Origin: Escherichia phage vB-Eco-KMB39
Sequence record: OR539219.1
Reading direction: 5' to 3' (one strand)
DNA: 64,000 nucleotides
How positions within the stretch are numbered: the first letter of the stretch is position 1; each line of letters starts with the position of its first letter. The position numbers were made by a program, and so were the translations under genes. The notes under the pieces were generated by a model. The model saw only the letters and a list, made by a program, of their open reading frames with translations. It was not told the DNA's origin and made no database searches. Below, in pieces: positions 19,819 through 29,074 of the stretch.

Positions 19819-20276
19819 TCAGCCTTATATTCAATAACAGGACATACTTTAGCTTTACGAGCTTTTAAAAATTCGACGATAATCGATTTCTTGGGTTGAA
19901 TAGGAGGTAAACCTTTATACGCTCTATCAATATTTTCTACGTGTAAAGCATAATCCTTTTTCCATTTATAATCTTTATATTTTTCACGCAAATGTGCAGG
20001 AATAACAAATGAACCGATAATAAGTAAAACAACCAAAAGCGCAAGTATAAATGCTGATGGAAGCAAAGTCCATAAACTGCCAAAAATAAACCAACGCTGT
20101 AGGCTTTCTGCACAAATAATTGTTAGCCCTACGAGTATAGCACATCCAAAAATAGAAACGAAAAATGTAGGAATGACAATAGACCAAAAATATGCGCATA
20201 ATGTCTTAGGTCGTTGCCATTCATCGTTAAACAATTTGAATAATTTATAGTGCCAAGAGTTTTCATTAATAATCAT
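19815..20276 (-). CDS. Membrane protein (multi-pass)
   Basis: Hydrophobic segments FWSIVIPTFFVSIFGCAILVGLTIICA and LLPSAFILALLVVLLIIGSFVI. Confidence 0.5.
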   Translation of the reverse strand: MIINENSWHYKLFKLFNDEWQRPKTLCAYFWSIVIPTFFVSIFGCAILVGLTIICAESLQRWFIFGSLWTLLPSAFILALLVVLLIIGSFVIPAHLREKYKDYKWKKDYALHVENIDRAYKGLPPIQPKKSIIVEFLKARKAKVCPVIEYKAE

Positions 20277-20278
20277 AA

Positions 20279-20800
20279 TTATCCTTTCATTGAAGGCGTA
20301 ACGGTTGTTAAATACTTAATCATAGCTTCAGCTTCTGATTTTGATAATGAAATTTCTCCATTGTTTTGACGAATAGAAATAAAATCCGGATGACGGTCAC
20401 CACCAGCTTTTAAAACACACATATAAGTATCAACTTCGCCTTCAATATTTGAAATGATTGAAGCAGTTCCGCATGAATGCGGTTTTTGATAAATCAATAC
20501 AGCTTTTCTTCCACCATTTGACTGTTCATAGGCTTTTAATACATCAAACAAATCAGTTCTTTTATCAATAGCTAAAATGTTATTTTCATCTTCAATGTTA
20601 AATCCTTCGGATACTTCATAAAGTGTTACCCATAAATCACCGATGTCAATAACAGCATTTACGTTTCCACGGCTTTCAAGAGTATGACAAATTTTCTTGA
20701 TTTCATCATAACTCATTTTAATAATATCATCTCCTTGACTAAGAAAGATGTCATTTTTAAATTCAACGCGAATTAAACCACTTCCACTTGAAATAAACAT
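20279..20800 (-). CDS. Hypothetical protein (paralog pair member)
   Basis: 173 aa; C-terminal motif shared with the next ORF. Confidence 0.5.
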   Translation of the reverse strand: MFISSGSGLIRVEFKNDIFLSQGDDIIKMSYDEIKKICHTLESRGNVNAVIDIGDLWVTLYEVSEGFNIEDENNILAIDKRTDLFDVLKAYEQSNGGRKAVLIYQKPHSCGTASIISNIEGEVDTYMCVLKAGGDRHPDFISIRQNNGEISLSKSEAEAMIKYLTTVTPSMKG

Positions 20801-20806
20801 ATTTCC

Positions 20807-21361
20807 TCACTTTGAAATCATAGTTGGAATAACAGAATCAAGATAAGTCTTTAGTGCAATAGCTTCGTCTTTGTTTAATGTAATGATATGTGATCGAAAA
20901 TCGTCAATTTGACGAATAGATACTACATCTCCCTCTTCATAGCATTTTGAAACATTTAAAATAGTTTCATCATTCTGATTACAGGAGTTAGTAATAATAG
21001 CATTACATTTTTTAAACCATTTTAAATTATGTTTTCTTTTAGTAGAATCATAAAAATATTTAATGTTAGTTATAAAATTATCCCAATTATTAATTGATAA
21101 GCACATTGACTCGCTTTTAATATTAAATCCTGGGCATGAAGAATAAAAATGAATTTTATGCTCATCATTAATGCTTACAATTTTATCAGTGTAAGCATAT
21201 TCAATTTGGGTTAAACGAACAATTTCACTAGACGTAAAATATAACATATCATCTTCTTGCGTCAAACGATACATGTTATTTACTTTTTCTATAGCCAATT
21301 CACCAAAAAGCACACTATCTTCTAATACTAATCGTTTCATATTAATCCTTTTTATTGGCAT
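20807..21361 (-). CDS. Hypothetical protein (paralog pair member)
   Basis: 184 aa; C-terminus ITLNKDEAIALKTYLDSVIPTM resembles ISLSKSEAEAMIKYLTTVTPSM of the neighbour. Confidence 0.5.
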   Translation of the reverse strand: MPIKRINMKRLVLEDSVLFGELAIEKVNNMYRLTQEDDMLYFTSSEIVRLTQIEYAYTDKIVSINDEHKIHFYSSCPGFNIKSESMCLSINNWDNFITNIKYFYDSTKRKHNLKWFKKCNAIITNSCNQNDETILNVSKCYEEGDVVSIRQIDDFRSHIITLNKDEAIALKTYLDSVIPTMISK

Positions 21362-21620
21362 GAATTTGTTCTAAAATTTTAGAGTATTCCTTTGTATCAG
21401 ATTTACGTACAATCGATACACTATACGGCATACTATCGGTGTCTTTTATAAAGCGTTCCAAATGACATTCTAATAAAATTTCTGGATTATAAATCGTGTA
21501 CATCAAATTACCTGTTGCTCCACGATATTGACAGATTTCTACTGATTGAACACCATTCCATAATTTTGTTAAGACCAAATCACCTACTTCTAATTTAGGA
21601 AAGCCCATGTTATTCACCAA
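21342..21620 (-). CDS. Small hypothetical protein
   Basis: 92-aa ORF. Confidence 0.4.
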   Translation of the reverse strand: MVNNMGFPKLEVGDLVLTKLWNGVQSVEICQYRGATGNLMYTIYNPEILLECHLERFIKDTDSMPYSVSIVRKSDTKEYSKILEQIHANKKD

Positions 21621-21795
21621 TTAAAGTTTCAATATAAGAATCAAGATTTACTTTAGCTTCTTCCATAAGAGTTTTGTATTTAATCTTGTTGGCATGTCCG
21701 GAGAAAGCTGATTCATCAATAATTGTTGATGTATGAACAGCTTTACTATACGTCTCAATTAATTCTCTTAATTTAAAAGCCTGCTCACTTGTCAT
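21610..21795 (-). CDS. Small hypothetical protein
   Basis: 61-aa ORF. Confidence 0.4.
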   Translation of the reverse strand: MTSEQAFKLRELIETYSKAVHTSTIIDESAFSGHANKIKYKTLMEEAKVNLDSYIETLIGE

Positions 21796-21959
21796 TACAT
21801 ACTCCTTTGAATAATATCAATAATGTTGTTCACCAAATTATAAGTAAACATTGGGTAATTATATTGAATCATCACATACACAACAAACAAAACTTTCATT
21901 CTCTTCTCCTTGACAGTTGACAAGATTACTATACCATAATCTTGCCAACTTGTAAACCA

Positions 21960-22133
21960 TTAAATGACGTTTTCGATAAAATTCTGAAGCTTTGTATGAG
22001 CATCAACCATGATTTTCAATTCTTCTTTAGCGAAAGCTGTGCCTCTTTCACGAGAAGAGCATTCATAGTCAGAAACTGCATTAGCATATTCTTCAATTAG
22101 TTTCATTAAAAACATCTGCTTTTCAGTTTTCAT
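21960..22133 (-). CDS. Small hypothetical protein (57 aa; below ORF-track cutoff)
   Basis: Manually translated MKTEKQMFLMKLIEEYANAV...; ATG 22131-22133 five nt after upstream stop. Confidence 0.3.
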   Translation of the reverse strand: MKTEKQMFLMKLIEEYANAVSDYECSSRERGTAFAKEELKIMVDAHTKLQNFIENVI

Positions 22134-22317
22134 TATTCCACCTAATCATTTCAAGATATTGAACTAACTTAGCTTTAGATTTATCCAAATCCTTTTTAGC
22201 TGTTTCTATACCGTCGTATGAATATCCTTCACAATGCTCAACTGCTAATTGATATGAATCTATTTCAATATCACGTGCTAATTTAATGATTTTTTCAAAC
22301 TGTTCATGTGTTAGCAT
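22123..22317 (-). CDS. Small hypothetical protein
   Basis: 64-aa ORF. Confidence 0.4.
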   Translation of the reverse strand: MLTHEQFEKIIKLARDIEIDSYQLAVEHCEGYSYDGIETAKKDLDKSKAKLVQYLEMIRWNNEN

Positions 22318-22319
22318 AC

Positions 22320-22523
22320 TTAAACTCTCGTATTATGATCGATAATTTCATCAAGAAACATATCTAACGCTTCTAAAGCATTATCAACTTTAGTTTCAAA
22401 GTCTTTAATGCCTTTATTCGAAATACCCGATGAATACCAAGCAAAGTCAATCAGCTCTTCATCTGCTTTACGAATTGAAGCCACTAATTCCTTGATTTTA
22501 TCTGCTTGCTCTATACTAATCAT
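22320..22523 (-). CDS. Small hypothetical protein
   Basis: ATG 22521-22523 overlapping upstream stop. Confidence 0.4.
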   Translation of the reverse strand: MISIEQADKIKELVASIRKADEELIDFAWYSSGISNKGIKDFETKVDNALEALDMFLDEIIDHNTRV

Positions 22524-22711
22524 TATTCCACCACATATGAAAGAGAGAATATTGCACACGCCATGTGAGTTGCAACTTCATCACACATATTATAACGTTT
22601 CTTAAGAAATTCTACAAGTTCTTCACTAGTAACTTCATCCATGTCGACGAAAAAATCACCGTTAATGATGACGTAGATATTTCCTTCTTGATTGAGTGCT
22701 TCAATTTTCAT
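22523..22711 (-). CDS. Small hypothetical protein
   Basis: ATG 22709-22711 downstream of early promoter leader. Confidence 0.4.
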   Translation of the reverse strand: MKIEALNQEGNIYVIINGDFFVDMDEVTSEELVEFLKKRYNMCDEVATHMACAIFSLSYVVE

Positions 22712-22739
22712 GATGTTCTCCTCTTTATCTGATAGTTGT

Positions 22740-22769
22740 ATAGTACCACAGCTCAAACGGAAAGTAAAC
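22740..22769 (-). promoter_or_regulatory. T4-type early promoter (GTTTAC ... TACTAT); approximate
   Basis: Conserved module GTTTAC-N18-GTACTATACAACTATCA. Confidence 0.55.
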
Positions 22770-22807
22770 CGGTAAAATGAAAAAAGTCTCCCGAAGGAGA
22801 CCTAATG

Positions 22808-23194
22808 TTATTCGAGGGAAAGAAGATACTTACTTTGGTAAAACATTCCAGTAATATCATCTATCGTGCTTTGGATGGCTGGAGGCATTTCTTTATAAAT
22901 GCTGTTAGATTGGTCTAGTATACGATCAATCATTTTAATTGTGTCGGTAGGAAGTTTACTGGCATCTGGAATAGAAGGCGTGTATTTTCTACCAGAATAC
23001 CCCAAATATTGCTCACCAAATTTATCAATCAAATCTGGCAATTCGGAGAAAATAAAATCGTATGCTTTGTGTCTAGCATAACTTTTAGTTTCAAAATGCG
23101 CAGAATGAAAATAAGCTTGTGCAGCCATTAATAAACCTAAGTATTCATCTGCCTTTGAAGGTTTTCCACTTTGTGAAAAGTCGCTGAATTTCAT
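22808..23194 (-). CDS. Hypothetical protein
   Basis: 128-aa ORF downstream of rI. Confidence 0.45.
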   Translation of the reverse strand: MKFSDFSQSGKPSKADEYLGLLMAAQAYFHSAHFETKSYARHKAYDFIFSELPDLIDKFGEQYLGYSGRKYTPSIPDASKLPTDTIKMIDRILDQSNSIYKEMPPAIQSTIDDITGMFYQSKYLLSLE

Positions 23195-23484
23195 TCAGTC
23201 TCCAATTTAATGTTCATAATTCTAGCGTATGATTGTGCCATCTCCGCGCCTCGTTCTATACATTCAAAATCAGAAGAGCACGGGTCATTTTTATAGGTCG
23301 TTCTCATAAAACTATAGAACTGTTCAGATGATTCTACGCTTTTATTTTCAAAAAGCATATAAACATGTCTAATACCAGATTCCATAAATTTATCAAAATG
23401 AGGATCGACATTCGCTTCAATCGATGGTGATAAAGCAAATGACAATCCTAGCATGGCAAATAGTGCCGTTGCTTTTAAGGCCAT
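23191..23484 (-). CDS. rI: Lysis-inhibition antiholin RI (periplasmic)
   Basis: 97 aa with N-terminal signal/anchor MALKATALFAMLGLSFALSPSIEA; matches recalled T4 RI length and sequence; adjacent to tk. Confidence 0.85.
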   Translation of the reverse strand: MALKATALFAMLGLSFALSPSIEANVDPHFDKFMESGIRHVYMLFENKSVESSEQFYSFMRTTYKNDPCSSDFECIERGAEMAQSYARIMNIKLETE

Positions 23485-23496
23485 AAAGGCCTCCTA

Positions 23497-23709
23497 TCAT
23501 TTTTGTCCTGTATTTACTTTATGCCGATGCACGGCCTTAACTTTATCAAGGTATTTTTCAAAATTTCGCAATCTAGTATAGTCTGCCGGAGATTGGTTGA
23601 GTGATACTTCTCGACGCAAAGCTGAAATGATATTTCCAACTTCCCTACGAATTTCATCTAATTGAAGCACAGTAAGATTGCGAAGTTGCTTTTCAGTTAA
23701 TTGTAGCAT
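23497..23709 (-). CDS. Small hypothetical protein
   Basis: 70-aa ORF. Confidence 0.45.
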
Positions 23710-23751
23710 ATATACCCCTTTAGTTAGATAAACCTATTTATAACTTTTGCA

Positions 23752-24333
23752 CTAACCGAGCTTTTTAGTTAATTCGTTCCAGTGTTTTCTACACAAAGAA
23801 ACATAAATTTCATCACCAATACAGATTTGATTACCTTCTTTAACTGGTGTTCCATCTTCCATTAATCGAGCTGTCATAATCGCTTTTTTGCCGCAATGAC
23901 AAACTGCCTTTAGTTCAATAAGTTTATCTGCAATCGCCAAAAGTTCTTTAGAACCTTCAAACAATTTTCCAGCGAAATCAGTCCTTAATCCATAAGCCAT
24001 AACAGGAACATTATATGTATCAACAATTCGGCTTAATTGGTGCACCTGTTCAGTTTTTAAAAACTGAGCTTCATCTACAAATACGCAATGAATATCTTTT
24101 TGTGCTTCAGCCCATTTATAGAACTCGAAAATATCCATATCATCTGTAATAATATTCGCTTCCTGCTTAATTCCAATGCGAGAAACAACTTCACAGACAG
24201 AATCGCGAGTATCAATAGCAGGCTTAAGAACTAATACACCCATTCCACGTTCTTTATAATTATGTGCAGCAGTCAAAAGAGAAGCAGATTTTCCAGCATT
24301 CATTGCTGCATAAGTAAAAATTAAACTCGCCAT
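23752..24333 (-). CDS. tk: Thymidine kinase
   Basis: 193 aa, P-loop AAMNAGKS, matches T4 Tk. Confidence 0.95.
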   Translation of the reverse strand: MASLIFTYAAMNAGKSASLLTAAHNYKERGMGVLVLKPAIDTRDSVCEVVSRIGIKQEANIITDDMDIFEFYKWAEAQKDIHCVFVDEAQFLKTEQVHQLSRIVDTYNVPVMAYGLRTDFAGKLFEGSKELLAIADKLIELKAVCHCGKKAIMTARLMEDGTPVKEGNQICIGDEIYVSLCRKHWNELTKKLG

Positions 24334-24342
24334 ATCACCTTC

Positions 24343-24528
24343 TTAAAGCGTATTCACATAAGCTATTAATTCATTTTCTTTCTTATCAAACCGATCAGCA
24401 AATTCTTCCTGCTGTTCGGGAGATAGCGGGCCGTATTCATCATAAAAGGTGTTTGCTTCTGTATGCTCATCTAGAAGTTCATGGATAAGCTCAAACAATT
24501 TATCTTTTTGTTCTTTACTCAGACTCAT
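24343..24528 (-). CDS. Small acidic hypothetical protein
   Basis: 61-aa ORF. Confidence 0.4.
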   Translation of the reverse strand: MSLSKEQKDKLFELIHELLDEHTEANTFYDEYGPLSPEQQEEFADRFDKKENELIAYVNTL

Positions 24529-24698
24529 ATATTAATTTCCAGGAGTTTTAAAATAATTCGCTTTTGCTTAAATATTTCCATAGTTAAATGATCAGTATCT
24601 TTTTGACCAATTCCAATGGCAAAACCTTTATTAGCAGCGAGTTCAATTAAATTATCAAGCTCACGTAACACTTCGTATTGTAACTCAAAACTATTCAT
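24525..24698 (-). CDS. Small hypothetical protein (57 aa; below ORF-track cutoff)
   Basis: Manually translated MNSFELQYEVLRELDNLIELAANKGF...; ATGA overlaps at both ends. Confidence 0.3.
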   Translation of the reverse strand: MNSFELQYEVLRELDNLIELAANKGFAIGIGQKDTDHLTMEIFKQKRIILKLLEINI

Positions 24699-24922
24699 TT
24701 TGGTTTACCTTCTTTAACGAAATCTGGATAAGGATAAAATCCCGAATAAAATCCTTCACCTTTATGATTGATACATCCTTTATTAGAACAATAGCACCAA
24801 TAATCGAAATCACAAGTCATTTCATCGTTGCATAAAGCAAAAACAACCGGCCACTTACACTTTTCACAGTGGGCATTTTTAAGAATACTAGTTTGGCTCA
24901 TAACCATGTAACCTTTAAGCAA
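24695..24922 (-). CDS. Small Cys-rich hypothetical protein
   Basis: Multiple CxxC-like pairs. Confidence 0.4.
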   Translation of the reverse strand: MLKGYMVMSQTSILKNAHCEKCKWPVVFALCNDEMTCDFDYWCYCSNKGCINHKGEGFYSGFYPYPDFVKEGKPK

Positions 24923-25110
24923 TATTCTTCTACATGTTGTTTACGACCTTTCTTATCAATAAAGGTATATTCAACGAATGTTCCAATGTAGTCTTTATCT
25001 ACATCATGTGGACTATTAATTGGGCATTTAGTACGGCAAATGCGTTCCCATTGACGAATAATTACTGCTTTGTTTTTAGGATCAAACGGATGCGGGTAAT
25101 GCACTTTCAT
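24898..25110 (-). CDS. Small hypothetical protein
   Basis: 70-aa ORF. Confidence 0.4.
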   Translation of the reverse strand: MKVHYPHPFDPKNKAVIIRQWERICRTKCPINSPHDVDKDYIGTFVEYTFIDKKGRKQHVEEYCLKVTWL

Positions 25111-25561
25111 AATCCACCACTATTAAATCAATATCAGGAGTAAACATGTCGATTAATTTAGAAACCTTATCCCAATCGCCGCCAGCAATACCACAACCTA
25201 TGCGTGGAATGTAAATTACCGGTTTAAACAAAAGGGTTTCTGCCTGTAGATTTAATTCTATCATGCAGTTTACTAAAGCACCATAATCAAGATTAGGACC
25301 TGGTTCGTATTGCGTATACAGGTTATAGCATATACCAAATCCCGTAGGACTATGTTTAAAAACAATAGACATATCGCCTAATTTATCACGAGAACCGTAC
25401 TCAGTAGTGGTTTTATCTATTTCTAAAATTTTGGGATAGGCTCTTGCTAATTGACCCGCTACGCCTGAACCCATAGTATGAAAACAATTGCACCCGTGCG
25501 CAATAATATTACCTTGAAGAAATAGGGCGACAATATCGCCCTTGATATATTTTACAATCAT
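25082..25561 (-). CDS. Macro-domain protein (ADP-ribose binding/processing fold)
   Basis: Motif GNIIAHGCNCFHTMGSGVAGQLARAYP resembles macro-domain nucleotide-binding loop. Confidence 0.55.
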   Translation of the reverse strand: MIVKYIKGDIVALFLQGNIIAHGCNCFHTMGSGVAGQLARAYPKILEIDKTTTEYGSRDKLGDMSIVFKHSPTGFGICYNLYTQYEPGPNLDYGALVNCMIELNLQAETLLFKPVIYIPRIGCGIAGGDWDKVSKLIDMFTPDIDLIVVDYESALPASV

Positions 25562-25905
25562 CTAGTACTCAATCCTCGATTATAAGAATCTACTAAACGG
25601 TCAACCATTGAATGACAAGCGGCTTTATCTTTTTCCTCCGCAACTGAACATTCTAGGGTATTCCACTTTTTAGCATATCGTTTTAATAATGTATCGTTTT
25701 TGTATCTGCTTGATTTATCTCTTTCTCCGTCTTTATATGCATATATTAATTTCTGCGCAAATTCAGCTTGGCATGCTTTATTTTTCCCACAATAATCTGC
25801 CGCAGTGCGGTTCACATACTCCCTAATTTCAGTATATGATGTATCTGCTGACGCATAAGCAGAAAATGAAATTAATCCTATACATAAAACCAAAATTTTA
25901 GTCAT
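25558..25905 (-). CDS. Secreted hypothetical protein (at the position of T4 vs)
   Basis: 115 aa with signal peptide MTKILVLCIGLISFSAYASA. Confidence 0.5.
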   Translation of the reverse strand: MTKILVLCIGLISFSAYASADTSYTEIREYVNRTAADYCGKNKACQAEFAQKLIYAYKDGERDKSSRYKNDTLLKRYAKKWNTLECSVAEEKDKAACHSMVDRLVDSYNRGLSTR

Positions 25906-26443
25906 TTACTATTTCCAAAAGTTTATTATTTTTAAGGTAATTAGCCTTTTCTAGGACTTCAGAAGCATATTTAGAACCTGCTTTAACATTCCATCCCGAA
26001 TTATAAGAGGATATTGCTTTTCTTATATCGCCCTTATGTATATTTAACCAATAAGAAAGTTCAATGTACGCCCAGGAAGCTGAATTGGATCGTTTATTCA
26101 ACATTCTTTTTATTTCAGCATCGGTCATATTATAACCAAGTTCCTTAACTCTCGCTCGCATAGTAGGCAAATAATTTTGGAACATTCCGTAAGCATGATG
26201 TTTTGGTTTAGATTTTAAATTAACTCCGCCAGAGCTTTCTTGCCATAAAATAGCAGCCATTATATGACCTAATCCGCTCTTGTGGATATTTTTGTGTGTT
26301 TTATATTTTCCATCCTTAGAAAATTGTTCCCCGAATTGATACGCGTAACGCATGTTATCGAGTTGGACATTACTGAAAGTATGCTCGGAGCTATGTGCCA
26401 TCATTGAAATGGCCAATAGACCAGCGAGTAGTGCTTTTCTCAT
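25898..26443 (-). CDS. Secreted lytic-transglycosylase-like protein
   Basis: Signal peptide plus SLT-like catalytic motif AAILWQESSGG. Confidence 0.55.
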   Translation of the reverse strand: MRKALLAGLLAISMMAHSSEHTFSNVQLDNMRYAYQFGEQFSKDGKYKTHKNIHKSGLGHIMAAILWQESSGGVNLKSKPKHHAYGMFQNYLPTMRARVKELGYNMTDAEIKRMLNKRSNSASWAYIELSYWLNIHKGDIRKAISSYNSGWNVKAGSKYASEVLEKANYLKNNKLLEIVND

Positions 26444-26450
26444 GTTTACC

Positions 26451-26912
26451 TCATTGAGTTTTAATTACTGCTTTAGAAGCCTTTCCTGGTAAACGACGAC
26501 TGTTGATAATTGCCATCCTACATTGAAGTGACGGGTCTTTGAACTTCTCATTAGGTTTACAAACTGTAAATCCAAGCCAAAGATTTCCATCTGTAATTTC
26601 TAAACGTCCAGGACGATATTCAACTCCATCAATAAAATCCTCATCAATGTCAGGACGCGGAGGCATACTCAGGAATTCATTAACTTCTAAAACATGGTCT
26701 TTTATTTTATGGAATAATTCAAAAACATATGTCTCATCAATCTCCCGTTGAATTGCACGATCAAGAAGATGTTGAGAATATTTTAGATGAAACGATGAGA
26801 CCCCTGCTGCTTTTGATGCCTCACGAATCTCATTGTTAATTTGACGAAACTCCGACTCAAAGTGACGACGAAGCTTATTTCGACGGATAAAAACTTCTGT
26901 ATTGATAGTCAT
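26451..26912 (-). CDS. regB: Sequence-specific endoribonuclease RegB
   Basis: 153 aa; MTINTEVFIRRNKLRRHFESEFRQINNEIREASKAAG matches recalled T4 RegB. Confidence 0.88.
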   Translation of the reverse strand: MTINTEVFIRRNKLRRHFESEFRQINNEIREASKAAGVSSFHLKYSQHLLDRAIQREIDETYVFELFHKIKDHVLEVNEFLSMPPRPDIDEDFIDGVEYRPGRLEITDGNLWLGFTVCKPNEKFKDPSLQCRMAIINSRRLPGKASKAVIKTQ

Positions 26913-26939
26913 GTTATTCTCCTCTTAACTGATAGAAAA

Positions 26940-26969
26940 ATTATACCACAGTCAAGAGGAAAAGTAAAC
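26940..26969 (-). promoter_or_regulatory. Early promoter with extended -10 (GTTTAC-N18-TGTGGTATAAT); approximate
   Basis: Near-consensus sigma70/T4 early promoter 30-60 nt upstream of regB ATG. Confidence 0.6.
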
Positions 26970-26971
26970 AG

Positions 26972-27292
26972 TTATTCTTTAAATCTAATCAATTTATTCA
27001 TAGACTTTGAAACTTCTGCACGAACCTCATGTAGATTTTTGAGCTGTTCAAGACGCTGCTCATAGTAAGCAATTTCATCTTCTTCGAGACAGTCCTGTGA
27101 ATCTTCTTTAAGATAACGTGCATAGTCCTGAAAAGCTTTACGGACTACTTCCTGGAAGTCATCAAGACTTTGAATTTTCTTAGGAGCGACAGATACACGA
27201 CGAGGTGCAGTATAATACTCATAACCAAACCCTGCACTTAATTGAGCCATTAGTATTTTTCCTCTGGTTGGAACACTGCACGACAAGCCCAC
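26972..27292 (-). CDS. Small hypothetical protein
   Basis: ORF; likely internal start. Confidence 0.4.
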   Translation of the reverse strand: MGLSCSVPTRGKILMAQLSAGFGYEYYTAPRRVSVAPKKIQSLDDFQEVVRKAFQDYARYLKEDSQDCLEEDEIAYYEQRLEQLKNLHEVRAEVSKSMNKLIRFKE

Positions 27293-27552
27293 ATACTGGC
27301 TTCTTTGAGTTTCGTTTTAGCAATAGTTAACTGATCGAGGCTTTCAGCATAATTCTTCGCGAGTTCATCATCTTCACAGCTATCAAATGCTTCCCAAAAT
27401 TCATCGTATAAAGCATCAAAGATAAGTCCTAAACGAACTTCAGCGTCTTTGATAGCATTCACTTTACCGATTTTCTCTTCGGTATGCGGCTTATAACCCT
27501 TAATATCTTCAATCATATTTGACTTCCTCACCAGTACATAAATCATATTCAA
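27250..27552 (-). CDS. Small hypothetical protein (in the T4 vs.3-vs.5 region)
   Basis: ORF; likely internal start [11 protein letters not shown]. Confidence 0.4.
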   Translation of the reverse strand: MNMIYVLVRKSNMIEDIKGYKPHTEEKIGKVNAIKDAEVRLGLIFDALYDEFWEAFDSCEDDELAKNYAESLDQLTIAKTKLKEASMWACRAVFQPEEKY

Positions 27553-27730
27553 CTAAACGAATAGGTTCATGAATGCCATATCCCTGAACAGAAATTTCTG
27601 TCGTAGGATAAATTCCATCAATATCACCCATATTCCAGGCTTCATTAAATTGCTGTTCGCCTGAATTACTAAACCACTCGGCGAAAGCATTTAGCACATC
27701 TTCAGAACCTTCAATAATTATCTTTGCCAT
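27509..27730 (-). CDS. Small hypothetical protein
   Basis: 73-aa ORF. Confidence 0.4.
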   Translation of the reverse strand: MAKIIIEGSEDVLNAFAEWFSNSGEQQFNEAWNMGDIDGIYPTTEISVQGYGIHEPIRLVEYDLCTGEEVKYD

Positions 27731-28147
27731 TACAAACTCTCGGTGAAGGTACGAGCGATAACGTCGCGCTGCTGTTCCGGAGTCAGAGAGTTAAAGCGAA
27801 CTGCATAACCAGATACACGGATGGTCAGCTGCGGATATTTTTCCGGATGCTTAACTGCATCTTCCAGAGTTTCACGACGCAGAACGTTAACGTTCAGGTG
27901 TTGACCACCTTCAATTTTAACTAGTTTCACGACGCAGAACGTTAACGTTCAGGTGTTGACCACCTTCAATTTTAACTGTAGGTTGTGTTTCAATTTCAAT
28001 TTCACGGGCATGCAAACCGTAGAAAATTTCCGGGTCTACAAAAGAGTCCTCTTTAAAGGTTTTAGAGACAATAATTCGTGCTTGAATACCATCTTCAAAA
28101 TAAATAGTACCTTTATGTGTGCCTTCAAGAATTTGATATGCTTTCAT
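27730..28147 (-). pseudogene. GrcA/YfiD-like autonomous glycyl-radical cofactor gene, reading frame broken by a 55-bp tandem duplication
   Basis: N-terminal ORF 27917-28147 ends ...[18 protein letters not shown]; second piece 27730-27930 (GTG start only) encodes [62 protein letters not shown] with the RVSGY glycyl-radical motif; removing one repeat copy restores one ~120-aa ORF. Confidence 0.8.
27868..27977. repeat. Perfect tandem direct duplication, 2 x 55 bp
   Basis: Copy 1 at 27868-27922 and copy 2 at 27923-27977 are identical (AGTTTCACGACGCAGAACGTTAACGTTCAGGTGTTGACCACCTTCAATTTTAACT). Confidence 0.9.
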
Positions 28148-28154
28148 ATAAACC

Positions 28155-28484
28155 TCAATTAGAAAATAAATTTATCCAAGATTGTTCTTTAATTAAAAAC
28201 GGCTCAGAATCATATGCCATTAAACTTTGCGTAATTAATCCTTTAAAAGGTCCATCAATAAATTCCATGGTAAAATATGGAATTTTATTCATTAGCCGTG
28301 CATTAGGAGCAGTACATAAAACTCTGCATCCTTTGAATACACCTTTTTGTAATTTGTATTGCTTGGGATAAAATTCGCTCAAAATGTTATTATTTGCTAA
28401 AATTTCAAAATGATTCACCAATTTATTTTTAATAGTTTTTGGCGAAAAATAAAGATATTCGAAAAGTTGCGTATCTGTCATCAT
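28155..28484 (-). CDS. Hypothetical protein
   Basis: ATG 28482-28484 in ATGA overlap with upstream stop; 109 aa. Confidence 0.45.
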   Translation of the reverse strand: MMTDTQLFEYLYFSPKTIKNKLVNHFEILANNNILSEFYPKQYKLQKGVFKGCRVLCTAPNARLMNKIPYFTMEFIDGPFKGLITQSLMAYDSEPFLIKEQSWINLFSN

Positions 28485-29074
28485 TGCATTCCAATTACGA
28501 AAAACTGCGGACGAGTAATACCACCAATACAGCATTTACTATTGCAGCAATATTGCACAGTTTCAATATGAATATCGTAAATTTTATCCATATCAGGAGA
28601 TTTAACAGGCTCATCGATTATATACAAAATTCGAGAAAGCGATAAACCTCTGAACTTGCTACCTCTATTACCAACAAAACTACGGACAGAATCAGTAAAT
28701 AAACGGAATCGAATATCATCGCTAGAATAACGAGAAAATTCTTTTTTAATGCGGCCCACAGAAATTTTAGCGTAAGCTGAAGTATTAGAAAGAACAATAA
28801 CTGTTCCACCATCATACAACCAATTAGCGGCAAAATTAGTTACTGCAGTTGATTTACCGGATTGTCTGCCACCATCTAAACGAAGTGTACAATATTCTTT
28901 AAATAAATACGACGAATCAGGTACATAAAATCCACTATTACAAATTTCTTCTACTCTAGCGTCAGAATGGTGTGTAAAAGCATTCATCAGGGATAGATAA
29001 GGACCAGTTAAAAATGTTCTCATGTTATTTCTCTTAAGGTTTTTGGGCCATTCCGTGGCGCATGAATTGTCCAT
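28481..29074 (-). CDS. Small P-loop NTPase-like protein; start uncertain
   Basis: Walker A GGRQSGKST and Walker-B-like ILYIIDEP. Confidence 0.5.
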   Translation of the reverse strand: MDNSCATEWPKNLKRNNMRTFLTGPYLSLMNAFTHHSDARVEEICNSGFYVPDSSYLFKEYCTLRLDGGRQSGKSTAVTNFAANWLYDGGTVIVLSNTSAYAKISVGRIKKEFSRYSSDDIRFRLFTDSVRSFVGNRGSKFRGLSLSRILYIIDEPVKSPDMDKIYDIHIETVQYCCNSKCCIGGITRPQFFVIGMQ

